A stretch of DNA of 64,000 bases from the human T2T-CHM13v2.0 reference genome, Homo sapiens, in NCBI RefSeq assembly GCF_009914755.1, contig NC_060934.1; one strand, written 5' to 3'. Made by a program: the position numbers and the translations under genes. The notes under the pieces were generated by a model, which had not been told where the DNA came from, searched no databases, and saw only the letters and a list, made by a program, of their open reading frames with translations. Position 1 is the first letter of the stretch. Each line of letters starts with the position of its first letter. Shown here in pieces: positions 45,944-64,000 of the stretch.

Positions 45944-46597
45944 CTATGTGTGTGTGTATAGAATTGGCTTGAAGTAGCCTTTGTTTTTTTCTAGACCAGA
46001 GCTCTGGACAGATGCCCAGGTCTCTTCTTCAGCTCCCTGGGACTCACTTTCCCTGTCTCTTAAACAAGGGGTTGGACCAGGTGATAGCTTCTGGACCCCA
46101 GAATAAAATCTTTGACTGTGTGAATCCCCCTACTTTGAAAAGCACTTCTTCAAACATACTTTTCAGCTTCTGATTTGAGGACTCAGGCTGGGAGCGGGAG
46201 GCGCCACCTGTCAACTGTGTCATCTGCTGGGCAGTTGCTGGTGGGAGGAGCTCCGCAGCAAGGAAGTCCCTGGAGGCCGTTGTTGGGGCCCTGGATGGGG
46301 TGGGCCCAGGGCATATTTGTTGAAGTTTCCTTGTGTTCATTCCAGTCTGCCTTGAGGGGTGTCATTTACAGTGGATGCCATTGGCCATCAGAAGGCTTTA
46401 CTGCAAAAATAACTGAAAAAGTACTACACTTGGGAAAATTTGGTTCAATTTTCCTTTTTCAGGGTAAACACCTATTTTGGGATGTTCAGTACAACTTCTT
46501 AAGTCAGTACACACACACAAGCATAAATATTTCACACAAAGTATTTCTTGTTCATCAAAGAATAATCGATCGACAAATATTCATTAAATAGTATCGA

Positions 46598-47560
<963 letters not shown>

Positions 47561-47632
47561 TCAGGGACTTATTACCAAGGTGGGAAGGTAAACATTATAA
47601 TCATGATAATAAGCCATAATATCTTTACATTT

Positions 47633-47934
<302 letters not shown>

Positions 47935-50699
47935 AATAGGCCGATATCTTTACATTTCTTAAGAGAACCCAAGAGGGAGGTGGGCTGGACTGTGAAGAAT
48001 GAGAACTGTTTGGAGAGGGACCGAGTCAGGTTGGGGTGGCAGTCCTTGAAACACAGGCATTTAATGACTCGGGCATCCAGCCACCTTTTGCTGAGCACAT
48101 GCTGTGTACTGGTATAGGACCAGGGTTGCAAAAAGGAATGAGGCATCACCACCCTTGGAGGGCTCAGACTGTATCAGAGAAGACAATGGGACATAGACAG
48201 AAACCAACACGCATGCCACGATGATGGTGCCTAGCAAACTTGGAGAACACCAAGGTGGGGGCCTGCCCTGGCCGGGTGGGATCAAGAAAGACATCACTGA
48301 GCATAGACCTGTGCACGGGGCTTTGGGGGAGAGCAGGTCACGTCTGTGCACAGCGGGAGAAGAGCAGCCCTGGGCACAGAGAACGGTGTGTAGAAAGGAA
48401 TTTTCTCGATTGAGGATGCAAGGCTTCCCCTGACCAGCTCCAAATGACCTTTTCTGGGTATTTTTTACACTTCCTGTTTATTTTGAAGGTTAGTGTTGGG
48501 TATCTGTCCCCCTGACCCCCAACTAGAATGTAAATGGCATGAGAATAGGGACTCAGACCGTCTGTTCCATGCCTGGGACCTGGTCAGTGCTCAGTCTTTG
48601 GTGACAGCCAGAGGAGTCCCTGACAGGCGGTTTTATTAATGTAAGCTTCCCAGCCTGAATCACTGCTGTAGATGCAGGTCACACCTCCTCCCGGGAGCCT
48701 TCCCTGATTACCTGTCAGACTGCTCTCTCTTCCCTGCCTTCCTGCAGCAGCTGTGGAGGAGGAATCCACCTGCTCCATAGCGTCCAGCCTCTGGGCCCTG
48801 GCCAGCAGGGCTCACCCCTTTTGCGTCCCTTTTGCAGCTCTGCAGCCCAGCAGGGCCTAACCGTGTTGAGGCTCCTCCCCTCTTTCAAAGTGTCCTTCTC
48901 CCGAGCTCCACCCTTGATCCTTGACTCAAAGTCACCAACTGAGCAGGTGGAGGGCCAGGGAGATGACCTAATGTGTAATCAGCGAGGTGATTTTTGTCCA
49001 TGCCAGGGGCTTGCTGGCACACAAAAAGAAGTGGATAAACTAGCTGTTCTTACCCAGCCAGCCAGCCATGCCAGGCTTCCAGGGAATTTGTGTCTGGTCC
49101 CCATCCACATACATACATGCTTCAATATGCCAAGACCGTGGGGACTTTGGGGCTGTGGCGGTCTGGCTAGATCAACACCTGTCTCTGGTCACTCAAAGTC
49201 ACATCTGTTTGAAATCGCTGCTGGCCAAACACATCATGGGCCAGATCAGGTCTGTAGAGGGTCTGTGTGCGACCCCTGAGCTGAGTGATCTTATCTACTC
49301 TGAGTGATCTTATCTGCTGTCCCGGTTTTCATGCATGTGCTGATGGCTGTATTCCAGCACCCCCATGATACACCTGTCCCTGGCATAAGGCCTCTAACTC
49401 CAGCTGCCTGCTGGCTACCTTCACCTGAATCTCTCACATGTACCTGGTCCAGCTCTGCCCGGCATGAAAGGAATCACTCGTTGATATCCTTTGTGGGATG
49501 TTGGCAGTTCTGGGTGCATGGAACACATTCTCTCCAGTTGCCTTAAGGAAGAGAGATTTGTTGCACAGCTTCGTGTGGAATGAACTGGAAGGCCTAGCAC
49601 TGATGCGGCCACAAGCGTGGGTTCCTCTCACAGCCTCACCACTGAGTGGAGATCTCTCCTCCCGGCCCATGCTCTGCCCTCTTCCCTGCTTTCTTTTAGT
49701 GTTCAGTTGAAACCTAGGCAAGATCCAGTGTAGTTATCAGAGCTAATTACCAGGGATGGGGCTGCCTCAGGGAGTTGGCTCAGCTGCCCTCTCTCCTCCT
49801 CACCCCGCCTTCAAAGAACTGCCTGGAGCCGCCTCTCTGAGCAGGCAGCGTCCACTGAAGAGGGAGCTGGAATTACCAGGTGCTGTGGTTGATAACAGCC
49901 AGGCCACCCCGGCTACCTGCTCCTTGTCCTGCATTCTTCACACAGTGGGCATCATCTGTAGTCCATGCTGGGGACCTTTGAGGCATTCTGGCCTTCACTG
50001 GTTACACCGTCCTACACCAGATCTGCCCGGTTCTGTCTGAACTGTCCGTTCCTCCGTCCAGCTCCACTGCAGGCCCCCCTGTCTCCTCTGGCTGCAGCAA
50101 GTTGGCCACTCGTCTTCCTGACTCAAACCCGCCACATCTCTGCTGCAAAGCCAATTGTCCCTATCGCCCCTCTGTCTACACCATTCAGGGGCTTCCTTCT
50201 ACCTGCAAGATAGACCACCCACCTTAGGGTGGGGAATACAGCCCTGCCAGGCCTCACCTCAGCTCTAGCTGCAAACCAGCTCACATGCCGCACCGCAGCA
50301 GCAAGCTGCTCTTCCATGCTCGAATAAACTGCTGTTTTATGCCCCATGCTCTTATTCCTGGGCAGCCACTCCTGCCGGCAGCCCACCTGTTTCTCCCGTA
50401 AAATTCCTGCTTATCCCCTGAGATAGGGCATAGGCATCCACTTCCTCCACTCCCACAAAGCTGCTTGGCTTGCACGCCCTTGTATACCCGGAATAGCCTC
50501 TGCAGATTTCTATTGTTACTGTCACCCATGTCATTATTATCTCTTTATGTGCCTCTCTCACCCACTCTGAGCTCTTGAAGGCAGAAACTGGTTCTTAACT
50601 TAGCATTGTATTTCCAGTATCAAACTCAGTATCTGGTATATAGTAGGTGCAACACAAATACTTGACGTGTGAGTGCTTGGTATACCTCCTCCTGGCCTA

Positions 50700-51413
<714 letters not shown>

Positions 51414-51430
51414 TTAAAAATCACTGCCTG

Positions 51431-52414
51431 ATAATAGTCATCCTAACAGGTGGGAAGTGGCATCTCCTTGTGGTTTTGATTTGCACTTCCCTGATGATTA
51501 GTGATATTGAGCATTTTTTCACATACCTGTTGACCATTTGTATGTCATTGAGAAATCAAAAAGGCAAGGGCTGGGGAGGATGTGTGGGTGTAGACTCTAT
51601 GGAAAACAGTGTGGCAATTCCTCAGAAGATTAAAAATAGAGCTACCATATATAATCTAGCAATTCCAAAAAAATGGAAATCAAGATATTGAAGAGAGATT
51701 AACACTCCCATGTTCATAGCAGCCTTATTCACAATAGCTGAATAGCTAAGTGTCCATGAACATATGAGTGGTTAAACTGTGGTAGATGCATATAATGGAA
51801 TGCTATTCAGCCTTTAAAAAGGAGAGAATTCTGCAACATGTGACAACATGGGTGAACCTTGAGGACATTGACACAGTGCTAAGTGAAACAAGCCAGGCAT
51901 AGAAAGACATATAATGCAGGATTCCACTTATACAAAGTATCTAGAATAGTCAAACTCATAGAATGAAAGAGTGGAAATGGTAGCTGCCAGGGACTGGAGG
52001 GAGAGACATGAGGAGTTACTAATCACTGGGTATACAGTTTCAGTGAAGCAAGATAAATGTGTTTGAGAGACCTCCCGTGCTACATTGCACCTATAGTCAA
52101 CAGTACTGTAGTGTACACTTAAAGATGTGTTAAGATGCCAGGCACAGTGGCTCACACCTGTAATCTCAGCACTTTGGGAGGCAGAGGCAGGTGGATTGAG
52201 CCCAGGAGTTCCAGACCAGCCTAGGCCACATGGCAAAACCCTGTCTCTACAAAAATAAAAAAAAATAGCTGGGCATGGTGGCGTGCACCTGTAGTCCCAG
52301 CTACTTGGGAGGCTGAGGCAGGAGGATGGCTTGAGTCTGGGAGATGGGAGGGTGCAGTGGGCCAAGATTGCACCTCTGCATTCCAGTCTGGGTGACAGAG
52401 AGAGACCCTGTCTC

Positions 52415-52448
<34 letters not shown>

Positions 52449-52500
52449 GTTAGGAGGGTGGATCACATGTTAAGTGTCCTTACCACAAAATAAAATATAA
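51431..52500 (+). mobile_element. 5'-inverted old L1 (L1MA-like) 3' fragment, interrupted by Alu 52137-52445
   Basis: 51431-~51548 antisense L1, then sense L1 ending gttaagtgtccttaccacaaaataaaa; flanking direct repeat tcactgcctg. Confidence 0.8.
52137..52445 (+). mobile_element. Alu (J-like) inside L1
   Basis: Full Alu, long poly-A. Confidence 0.9.
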
Positions 52501-52547
52501 CAGTCACTGCCTGGTGTCCCATGTGGCTGTGGCTGGTACTGCCCTAG

Positions 52548-52853
<306 letters not shown>

Positions 52854-54612
52854 CAGGTAGCATCTTATTTGTTAGACCCTGCCTGAGGGAGATGGGGGCG
52901 GAGAGGCAGGGTCCCATCAGAGGGTTCCACTTGCAGATGCAGGGGCAGGTAGAGCAAACCAAACGCCCCACAGAGAGAACACAAAGTCAGATTGACTTCA
53001 ACGCCCGAAGTTCAATTCTTGAGTCCCCTCCCTTTAGTGCATGAGCAAAATAGTTAAGAACACAGGCCTAAAAATCCGACAGAATAGGCTCAAGCCCTGA
53101 TTTTTCTGCATGTTGGTTTCTTTGCCTTTAAAAAGAGGGATGTGCAAGGACCGTATACGAAAAGGGAGGTGTGGGAACCACAAGGAATAGCACCCATGAC
53201 CCTGGGCCTCATTGCAGCTGAGCTGTGAGCACCTCTAGACCCAGGGGGCTGAGGGGAGAGGGGAAAAAGGCAACAGGAAAGACAGTAAGATGTAAGAGTT
53301 CTTCCTAGAAGACAGACCCGAGGCTGGGATGGAGGCAGTGAAGAGTGCTTTGGAGGTGAATTGCCTTGATTGGGTGTGACAGTTGCAAATGCCAGTGTTA
53401 TTCTGAATCAGGAACTTTGAAGCCTAGAAAAATTGGGAAAGGCATTATTGCCTTTGAGGACCCTTGGCGATATAATTTGTAGATTATTTAAAGGGTTGGA
53501 TATGTAAAAGAAGCCACACTTCTGGAACATTCGTTAACAACCCTGGGATTACCAGTGTGAATGGGCGGCCCCATGGTCACAGAAGTCCTCTGTGTATCAA
53601 GTTAAACAGCCCAAGGTTGTTACTTCTGTTAGATCACCTCCACACAAACCTGCTAATGACATAGCTTGGCCAGGGAGCTCTCTGAAATTTCTAGATCTAA
53701 GGAAGATTTTGTAACTTCTGTTTGTCCTTCTGTTATTTTACAATCCTTACTTTTAAATCTTTTTTCTTAATTTTGACTTACTTAGGCTCCAAGCTCAATC
53801 CATGTCCTTTTCCTGTGTCCTCAGTTCAGCCACATAAACACAATATCCTATAATACAAAAACACGGAAAGAAAAAAGAGCTAAGACCAGAAGAAACTGGA
53901 ATATACATTTAAAAAACTGGCACCCAGAGAATAAATGTTTCTCGGAATTTTCTTAAAGAATTTTTTCCTTGCAAAGAAAGCCAAACCCTAAAGAAAAACA
54001 CACACGGTTGTAAATAAACAAAAACCTCACATATCTAGAATTTAGTTTTTTCTCCAAGATGAACTAACATTTTGCTCTGTCTGCGTTTCCTAATATGCAC
54101 ATTTCATTTTGCCTGAATCCTCATCGTGGGAGAAATGGACAGACCCATCTTGGGGCTCCGGGATTTCCGTGGGCAGTGAACTATGTGCCTGGTGGTTTCG
54201 GAAGCCCTGGCTCTTGTTCATTTCACTAAAAGCAGCACATCTTTAAAAATGAAATTTTCCAGGCTCTTAGTCCCTAAGGCAACCTTGTGGGGAGAGATTA
54301 TTTTGATTCTTACGGGCCCACAGAATGTCTCACAGCCTTTAAAAATGTCATCAGGCACGCCCCTGCGCAGCGATGGCTGGCGATGTGCGTCCCACGGGAG
54401 GAACAGCTGAGGAATGGCGGTACCAAGGTGGTGTTTCTAACCTGTATTGCATTTCTTGTGTGCTGACAGCCTAATCCCTCGCAGTCCTGCGCTCTGTTGT
54501 TTCTTGTTAATTTGTTCTCATTAGACTGGTCCCTAGGCTGTGGCTGTGTGTTGAACAATGTTGATCTATGTGGTACAATTCAGGGCTTGTTTGGGTCAGA
54601 GCTCCCACCATG

Positions 54613-55026
<414 letters not shown>

Positions 55027-56027
55027 TTAGGCCCACCTCTTCCTGGCCGTCCAGTGTAAACCAAGGCCAGCCCCTGCCTCCACACGGGCCCCAAGCATGT
55101 TCTAGGTCTTTTCCTGAGTGTTTTAGCCAGCCAAACTGAATCATAGAGCCACGGTATCTTAAAGCTGGAAAAAATATTAGGGGTTTTCTAGGCCAGCCCC
55201 TCGTGTTTTCAGGGAAGGAAATTTTGGTCCAAAAAAATGCATCACTGGTAAAAGTAGCATTGAAACTGATTTCAGAACTGAAATGAGAATCCATGACTTT
55301 ATGGAATGAATTGTAGTGGGTCTAGTTAATCAGAATTTCCACTCCCATTGTGTGTGTCAGATGCCTGTTGTCCCACCAGAACTCTAAATTATAAGTCACT
55401 TGCACCAGCATTAATATGATCTGCTAAAAATCAACTTTGAAATGGATCCATGGAAAAATGGGTAGTATTATGATATTGTAGGCTTACAACGTCTGTCAGC
55501 CCTGCTGATACTTACTGCATGTTAATGGGCAAAACCACAACCCTCCGCATACTCAGTCTGGGCATGGTAGTGTGCTGATGTGCAGGTTATGTGCGTGACA
55601 ATGTGCAGGTTATGGTGTCTTGTGGCAACTTGAAACTCAACGTCATAAAATTTCATTTTCTTCCTCTGGTGATTTCTGAAATAAAATGAACCTGGAAGGG
55701 CCCTGAAATGGATATTAAACATATCTTTTGTTTGTTTTCTCCATCAGCTCATCCTCTGTTAGGGACAGTATTACATACAGTAAGATCAATAACATTTATG
55801 TGAAGAAGGCTGTCTGTTAGGTTTTTAGGGCGTGTGGGATTCTGTGGTTAATTCTGTGCAGAGAGTTAAGGGGGACTTCAATAGTTATTTACCTTTGATC
55901 ATGACCTGAGTTGACCCTTTTTGCTATTTATTAAATCGCAGTTTTACTCCTGTGTCACCTATCCTTGCGGAATGTGTGCTTTCTTGGTTGAGATTATATT
56001 TGCAACACACGCGGTACAGATTTTCTT

Positions 56028-57065
<1,038 letters not shown>

Positions 57066-57234
57066 GACAGTTCATAACAGCTCTCAGAAAGCTTCATGAG
57101 CTACATATTTGCGTTTGACTTGCAAACAAAGAGGACAAGCTTGGGACATCTGGCTCGAGCCACGCTGAGAGATGGGGACCCACTCATCCACCTCTTCTAG
57201 CCATGCCCTGTTCTGGGAGCTCCAGGAGTAAACC

Positions 57235-57680
57235 AATAGTAGCTGACATTTATTGAGTGCTGACTGTATGCTGAGCACAAGATGCTCTGTATGTGTGCTA
57301 ACTCACTCAGTCCTCAGGACAGCCTGTCAGGCGGGTATTAACTGTTAACCCCATTTGACAGACGAGGAAACCGAGGCCCCAGAAGGTGAAATAACTTGAC
57401 CAAAATCATACAACTAGTAAGGGGCAGAGCCGGCATTTGAAATGCCACTCTGAAACGTTCCTAGGGAAGTTCACTGTTCCTTCCTCAGGGAAAAAGATCA
57501 AAACCAAGGCCTGTGTAAATTAATGAAATCTCTCTAAGCCTCAGTTTTCTCGCTGGTAAGATGAGGCAGGTAATAATATTCCATCTCTACCACAGAGCAT
57601 AGCAGAAGGATGAAATGAGATCATGAATGGGACAATGCGTTCTAGTCTCCGTGAGCTATTCAAAGAGAGCATGTTATTAT
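57235..57680. mobile_element. Two MIR remnants in opposite orientation
   Basis: cccatttgacagacgaggaaaccgaggc and tctctctaagcctcagttttctc MIR core motifs; other MIR cores near 31700, 45300, 59800, 60620. Confidence 0.65.
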
Positions 57681-58528
57681 TTGTGTTACTTCATCCTAAG
57701 TGGAAATGCCTTGGTTTCATCTTCAGCATTTGGAAACCTGGGCCTGGAGTATAGTTGTACAAGGCTCGCGGGAAAGAGCCACATGGGAAGTATTTTCCTT
57801 CTGAGCTCAGAGGAGCACAGCCTTCCCCCAGAAGCCCAGTCCTGTGGGCATTGAGGGGCCGCACCCTGCAGTGCAGCAGGTTTGGGGCCTGACCCATGAT
57901 GTCATCAGTTCTGCCACCCAGCCCCTCACTTTCCCAGGGTCTTCTGGGCCATCCCCTCTCCTGGGCTGCCAAGTACTCCCCCACTTCCCCCAGCAGGGCA
58001 CAGCTCACTGCATTGCAGTTTTCTGCTCCAGGGTTTGTAATAGCCCAAGTAGGCCACACATGGTGCTTTCTGGGGACTTGATATCCACAGCACCTAGCCC
58101 AGGACCTGATGGGCTGAGCAGGTGCTCAGTAGGTTTAGTTGAATCAGCCACATTTAACACATGGAGATGATGTCACCAAAACAGTTCTCTAAGGCAGTGA
58201 TGGACTAATTAGAGGCACATGATAACAAAGATATTTCTTCTCTTCTCTCAACCAAAGGTATCACTAGCCACTAGAGGTAAGGGCCTTGGAGCTGGAAGTC
58301 AGGGTCCCAGGCCACCTCCTCACTGCTGGGCCACCCTAGAGTGCCAAGTCCTGGCTTTCCTTTTCCCCACACGCTGGTGCCTTTGTGTCCAAGGTACAGT
58401 AGTCTCTGTGGAGGGCTGGTCTCATATTTTTCATGCTACACACGCTCCTCCTGAAGACCTGGTGGGATCATATTGTCACATCTCAAGTCGCAAAGTGATT
58501 CCTTCCCTTGTGCCTTCTTTTTGAACAG

Positions 58529-58607
58529 CAAAAGACTTCATTCGGAACCTGATGGAGAAGGACCCGAATAAAAGATACACGTGTGAGCAGGCAGCTCGGC
58601 ACCCATG
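58529..58607 (+). CDS. CAMK1D: CAMK1D coding exon (exon 8), 79 nt: AKDFIRNLMEKDPNKRYTCEQAARHP(W)
   Basis: tttttgaacag acceptor, ATG|gtaagg donor; subdomain XI Arg and HPW end of kinase domain; phase 1 in, phase 2 out. Confidence 0.97.
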
Positions 58608-58825
58608 GTAAGGAAATGCACCCGCTCAGCAGACCGTGCCATTTAATGCCATCTGGGGGGGGCACGAAACTTCCTGTTGGCCGTTGTCATTTATGAAATC
58701 CACACAGGATTATTACAAATTTCATCTCATTCTGGCCAGTGACTTTCCTCCTCTCCCCAAGCCAACATTTGAACTCTTGTGCCCCCAGGACACAGCTTCT
58801 GGAAGCACCATGAGAAGTTAGTATG

Positions 58826-59503
<678 letters not shown>

Positions 59504-59919
59504 GTATGCAAAAGATAGCTGCTTTTGCATTTCATAGAAAGTCTTTAAAGATATTGAAGATAATTGCCCAATGAGGCATTACAATCGGAATTTTATTCCT
59601 TGAGTTTATTACTCATTAGTTAAATGAAGTTACATATTTTTTTCCTTTTAAGATGCTTTTCGAATTTGTGTTTCTTCAACTCGAGAGGGACTAATTGAGA
59701 GTTGATGGCATTCTACACATTTTCAGCAGTGGGCGTGAGGCTACCTTGCTTTTGTGCCACTAATTTAGAAACCAGCTTCACTATCAGCTAGCTGCGATGC
59801 TAGGTTTACACTTGACTTTTGTGAGCCTCTGTTTCCTCATTGTTAAAATGAGAATAACAATACCTAATTTGCAGGGCTGACATAAGAAATACCGGAGATA
59901 ATGCATGTAGAGGGTTTAG

Positions 59920-60268
<349 letters not shown>

Positions 60269-60667
60269 TAGTGATTGTTATGTAAGCACCACGAGCATCC
60301 ATTGTGAAACAAATGCCGACAGTCGTAAAATACCAAAGATAATGAAAATAAATGGACAGAACCTTGAGATCAGGAGAAAATCCCCCTAAAAATTACTCCA
60401 GAAAACCATCCCCCTGTGTGCCCCGCCATCCTCTGTAGCATTTCCCCTGGGGTCTTGTGTGCTGGTCAGCCTTCTAAAGGGGACCTGCTCACAGACAATG
60501 TCCTGACCCCATTTCACAGTATTTCAGTGTATAACACCTATCATTTATTGAGTCTCTATTATATTCCAGCACTGGGCTAATTGCTCTAATGTATTGTCTT
60601 CTTTTTTTCCTTTATAATAACCCTGTGAAGTTGTATTTTCATTTCAGAGATAGAGAAATAGAGAGAT

Positions 60668-60965
60668 GGCCGGGAGTGGTGGCTTATGCCTGTAATCCCA
60701 GCACTTTGGGAGGCCAAGGCGGGTAGGTCACTTGAGGTTAGGAGTTCGAGACCAGCCTGGCCAACATGGTGAAACCCCGTGTCTACTAAAAATACAAAAA
60801 TTAGCCGGACACGGTGGTGTGTGCCTGTAATCCCAGCTACTGGGGAGGCTGAGGCCTGGAAATCACTTGAATCCAGGAGGCGGAGCTTGCAGTGAGCCAA
60901 GTTGGTGCCACTGCACTCCAGCCTGGGCCACAGAGCGAGACTCTGTCCCAAAAAAAAAAAAAATA
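60668..60965 (+). mobile_element. Alu (S-like) inside MIR
   Basis: Full Alu. Confidence 0.92.
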
Positions 60966-62232
60966 AGGTAAATTAACTTAGCCGAGACTACACAGCTAGC
61001 TAATAGCAAAGCCAGGATTCCAGCCAGAACTATCTGATTCCAAAATGAATTCCCTTCACCATCACACTGGAAGGAGAAGAAAAGGGGAAGAAAGGAAAGG
61101 CTTGGGGAAGAAGGAAAGAACATTCTGAAGAAGTGGACAGTTGTGATTGTGTATCGTCTTGATTTTGTTTAAGTCACTTTGGGCAGTAGTCAAAGTATGC
61201 GACGATAAAGGTAATAAAGGTTTTCTTACTTTATAAACATATTAGGCCTTTAAAGCTGTAAGACTTTTGAGATTTATCTTATAAAGAATAAAAATGACCT
61301 CAATAAAAGAGGGAGGGATGTGAGCCTAGTGCTTGTTGGTAATCCATACTTGCTCTGTAGAAGGCAGGAAAAAGGCCAGTTAACACCTGCTCTCTCCTTC
61401 ACCAAACATTTTGGAAAAAACAAAGAAGGGAGAGGTCAGTTTTCCCGAGGAGGCTGGGAGAGGGGCACAGAGGGCCCAGCAGGAGGTGGAGGCCCTGCTG
61501 AGTGCCACACCATGAGAAGGCTTGCCCCAGGCCAGCGGGAAGAGGAGGGAATTCCAGGCAGATGAGCGTCTGGGCATACAACACGGGAGCTTAAAACTGC
61601 ATGTGCGTTCCTGGTGCCCTGAACACATGGTATTCCAGAGTAGGAGAGGACGCAGGAGACAGGAAATGAGACTGGGAAGGAGGGCAGGAACTGGCAGGCA
61701 GGGCAGGGGCCTGGCCTGGCCTGCTCGGCTCTTAAGTCCTGGCTTCACCACTCACTGCCCGTGTGGATGAGCTCCTCAGCCCTTTGGGCTGCCCCTGGAG
61801 AATCAGATCATGAATAACAATAATACGGACCCCGCAGGACTTTTCAAGGGGTTACGTGAGATAATACATGTGACAAAGAAGAAGCGTTGCACATCTGTGA
61901 TACCTACAGGCTGCCATTAATTGATGACTCTACCAAGGAATTTATACCTTTCCCTTTGGGCAGTGGGGTCCCTGACATCTGTTAGGCAGGGTGCTGAGGT
62001 TTGATTTTAGACAACCCAATCTGGTGGGAGATGGAGTGTGGGAGCGTGGCCAGAGGTGCAGCCTAGAGGCGGAAAGGGGGCTGGCCCGGAGGAGGGTGAC
62101 AGTGGCCTGCGCGGGGCAGCGTGGCAGGGATGGAGTGGGGCAGGGAGGACTGTGAGTGACTGTCAGGGACGGAGAAGCCATGGGCATTGGGCAGAGCAGT
62201 GGCAGAGTGAGGTAAGGAAGAGAAGGGTCTAG

Positions 62233-62600
<368 letters not shown>

Positions 62601-63289
62601 TACAGTACATTTTAAACCTCCCAATAAGTCAAACCCTGGAAAATGATGAAAACTAATGCACTTGACCCAAGCATTGCTGAAACTCTCGCTTGCCTGCATT
62701 TATGATATACTTCTCTCTTTTATGTAACATTGCCTGGGCAAAGTAGAACACAGATTCAGGTGAGAGCTGGCAGAATATGGAGTCATTCCTCCAGGCGGCC
62801 CCTCCTCATCAGCGGCAGCATTCTGGAAGCTGTGGTCTCCGCACATCCCTGACACCCCGAGAGCATCATCTCTTATTCCACACTTGCTCTTCTGACTTCA
62901 GCAGGGCCACCGAGGGCGAGGGAGGCCTTGGCAATCATGGACACCTTCCTTAGCCCCCAAACAGACCACTTCAGACAGGAGAGGGCTCTTTTCAGAGCTC
63001 CCCCTTGGAAGGCAGCCAGCCTCTTAGCAGATGGAGGCAGCCGGCCTCTTAGCAGACGGTTCCCGCCCCTTTCACTGAGCATTGCTGTTCTCTCTGTGGT
63101 GTGTGCTCAGGTCCCAACAGGCTGCCGACTGATGGCCACAGTGTAGGGAATGGCCAGGGCCAGGATGGGAACCCAGGCCCTGTTACAGGGCAGCCCTGGC
63201 CAGAGCTCATTCCTCCAGCTCAGTGGTTCTGAGCATTCATCTCTAGGCTCATTGATAAGCAAACTGAAGTGATAAGAAGAGACGCTGAG

Positions 63290-63625
63290 AGAGAGAGATT
63301 AATTTATTTTAAGGATTTAAGCCTGTTTCCTGCAATTGTGGGGACCGGCAAATCAAAAATTTGCAGGCCAGGGCAGCAGGCTGGAGACCCAGGGAAGAGC
63401 TGATGTTGCAGCTCAAGTCCAAAGGCAGACTGGAGACAGCAGTTCCTCTTCCTGTTTTTCATGAGGGCCGTCGACTGATTGAACGAGGCCCACCCATGGC
63501 ATGGACTCTAGTCGGTTTGACTCAAAGTCTACTGATTGAAATGTTCATCTCATCTAAAAAATACTTTCCCAGCAATATCAGGCTAGTATTTGGCCAAATA
63601 TCTGGGTACCGTGGCCTAGCCAAGT
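63290..63625 (-). mobile_element. MLT2-family (ERVL) LTR fragment
   Basis: gcaggctggagacccagggaagagctgatgttgcagctcaagtcc, ccaaatatctgggtaccgtggcctagccaagt. Confidence 0.65.
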
Positions 63626-63971
63626 AGCCAAGTTCACATTCCTGAATGTTCGCCGAACCCCCGCTCCCATCTTCTGGGCTCCAGACACCAGAGCTCCGGT
63701 TGGCTGTAGGAATTGGGAGGTGGCCCAGGACTGGCAAGTGCTGTCCCGGGTACACACCAGGCACCACCAGGCCCATCTTGAGCAGGTGGCTAGAAAAGCA
63801 CAGGCTCAGAGCCAGGAAGGTAGAAGAGACCACACACAAAACACAAAACCACGAAAGGCAGGGGAGACTAGGCTGTGGTCCGTGAGTGGTGGATAGTGAG
63901 ACAGGCTGTAAAAGGTGTGATTACGTAAATGCTATCTGCATTGTTCTTGTAGGTATTAAAACCAGAAAGCT

Positions 63972-64000
63972 GGCCGGGTGTGGTGGCTCATGCCTGTAAT
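63972..64000 (+). mobile_element. Alu 5' end, cut by window edge
   Basis: ggccgggtgtggtggctcatgcctgtaat. Confidence 0.85.

Noticed and set aside
58567-58572. AATAAA inside exon 8
   Set aside because: Explained by Asn-Lys codons and lies just upstream of a 5' splice site, where U1 normally suppresses cleavage

Overview
Primate (most likely human) genomic DNA from the middle of CAMK1D (Ca2+/calmodulin-dependent protein kinase ID), + strand. Five coding exons (1896-2034, 10632-10758, 33429-33504, 56474-56586, 58529-58607; exons 4-8 by my recollection of canonical numbering) have canonical AG/GT ends and matching phases. They splice into a continuous kinase-domain frame containing HRDLKPEN, DFG, the activation-loop Thr and APE. 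The rest is intron filled with about 39 Alu copies or fragments, ERV1 and MaLR LTRs, hAT and Tigger MITEs, and L1/L2/MIR remnants. Repeat family names come from recalled consensus sequences and need RepeatMasker/Dfam confirmation. Nothing prokaryotic and no CRISPR array is present. Most notable observations: (1) a 2.43-kb apparently perfect 33-bp minisatellite (73 units plus a partial) in intron 5. It appears to derive from an L2 remnant, carries a near-consensus 5' splice site (CAG|GTGAGA) in every full unit on the sense strand, and has a stop-free frame on the antisense strand. (2) A candidate 63-nt in-frame cassette exon at 616-678. (3) Exons 7+8 bracketed by inverted Alus, where a 192-nt back-spliced circle would be a stop-less reading frame. 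(4) A datable local duplication and a twin-primed ancient L1.
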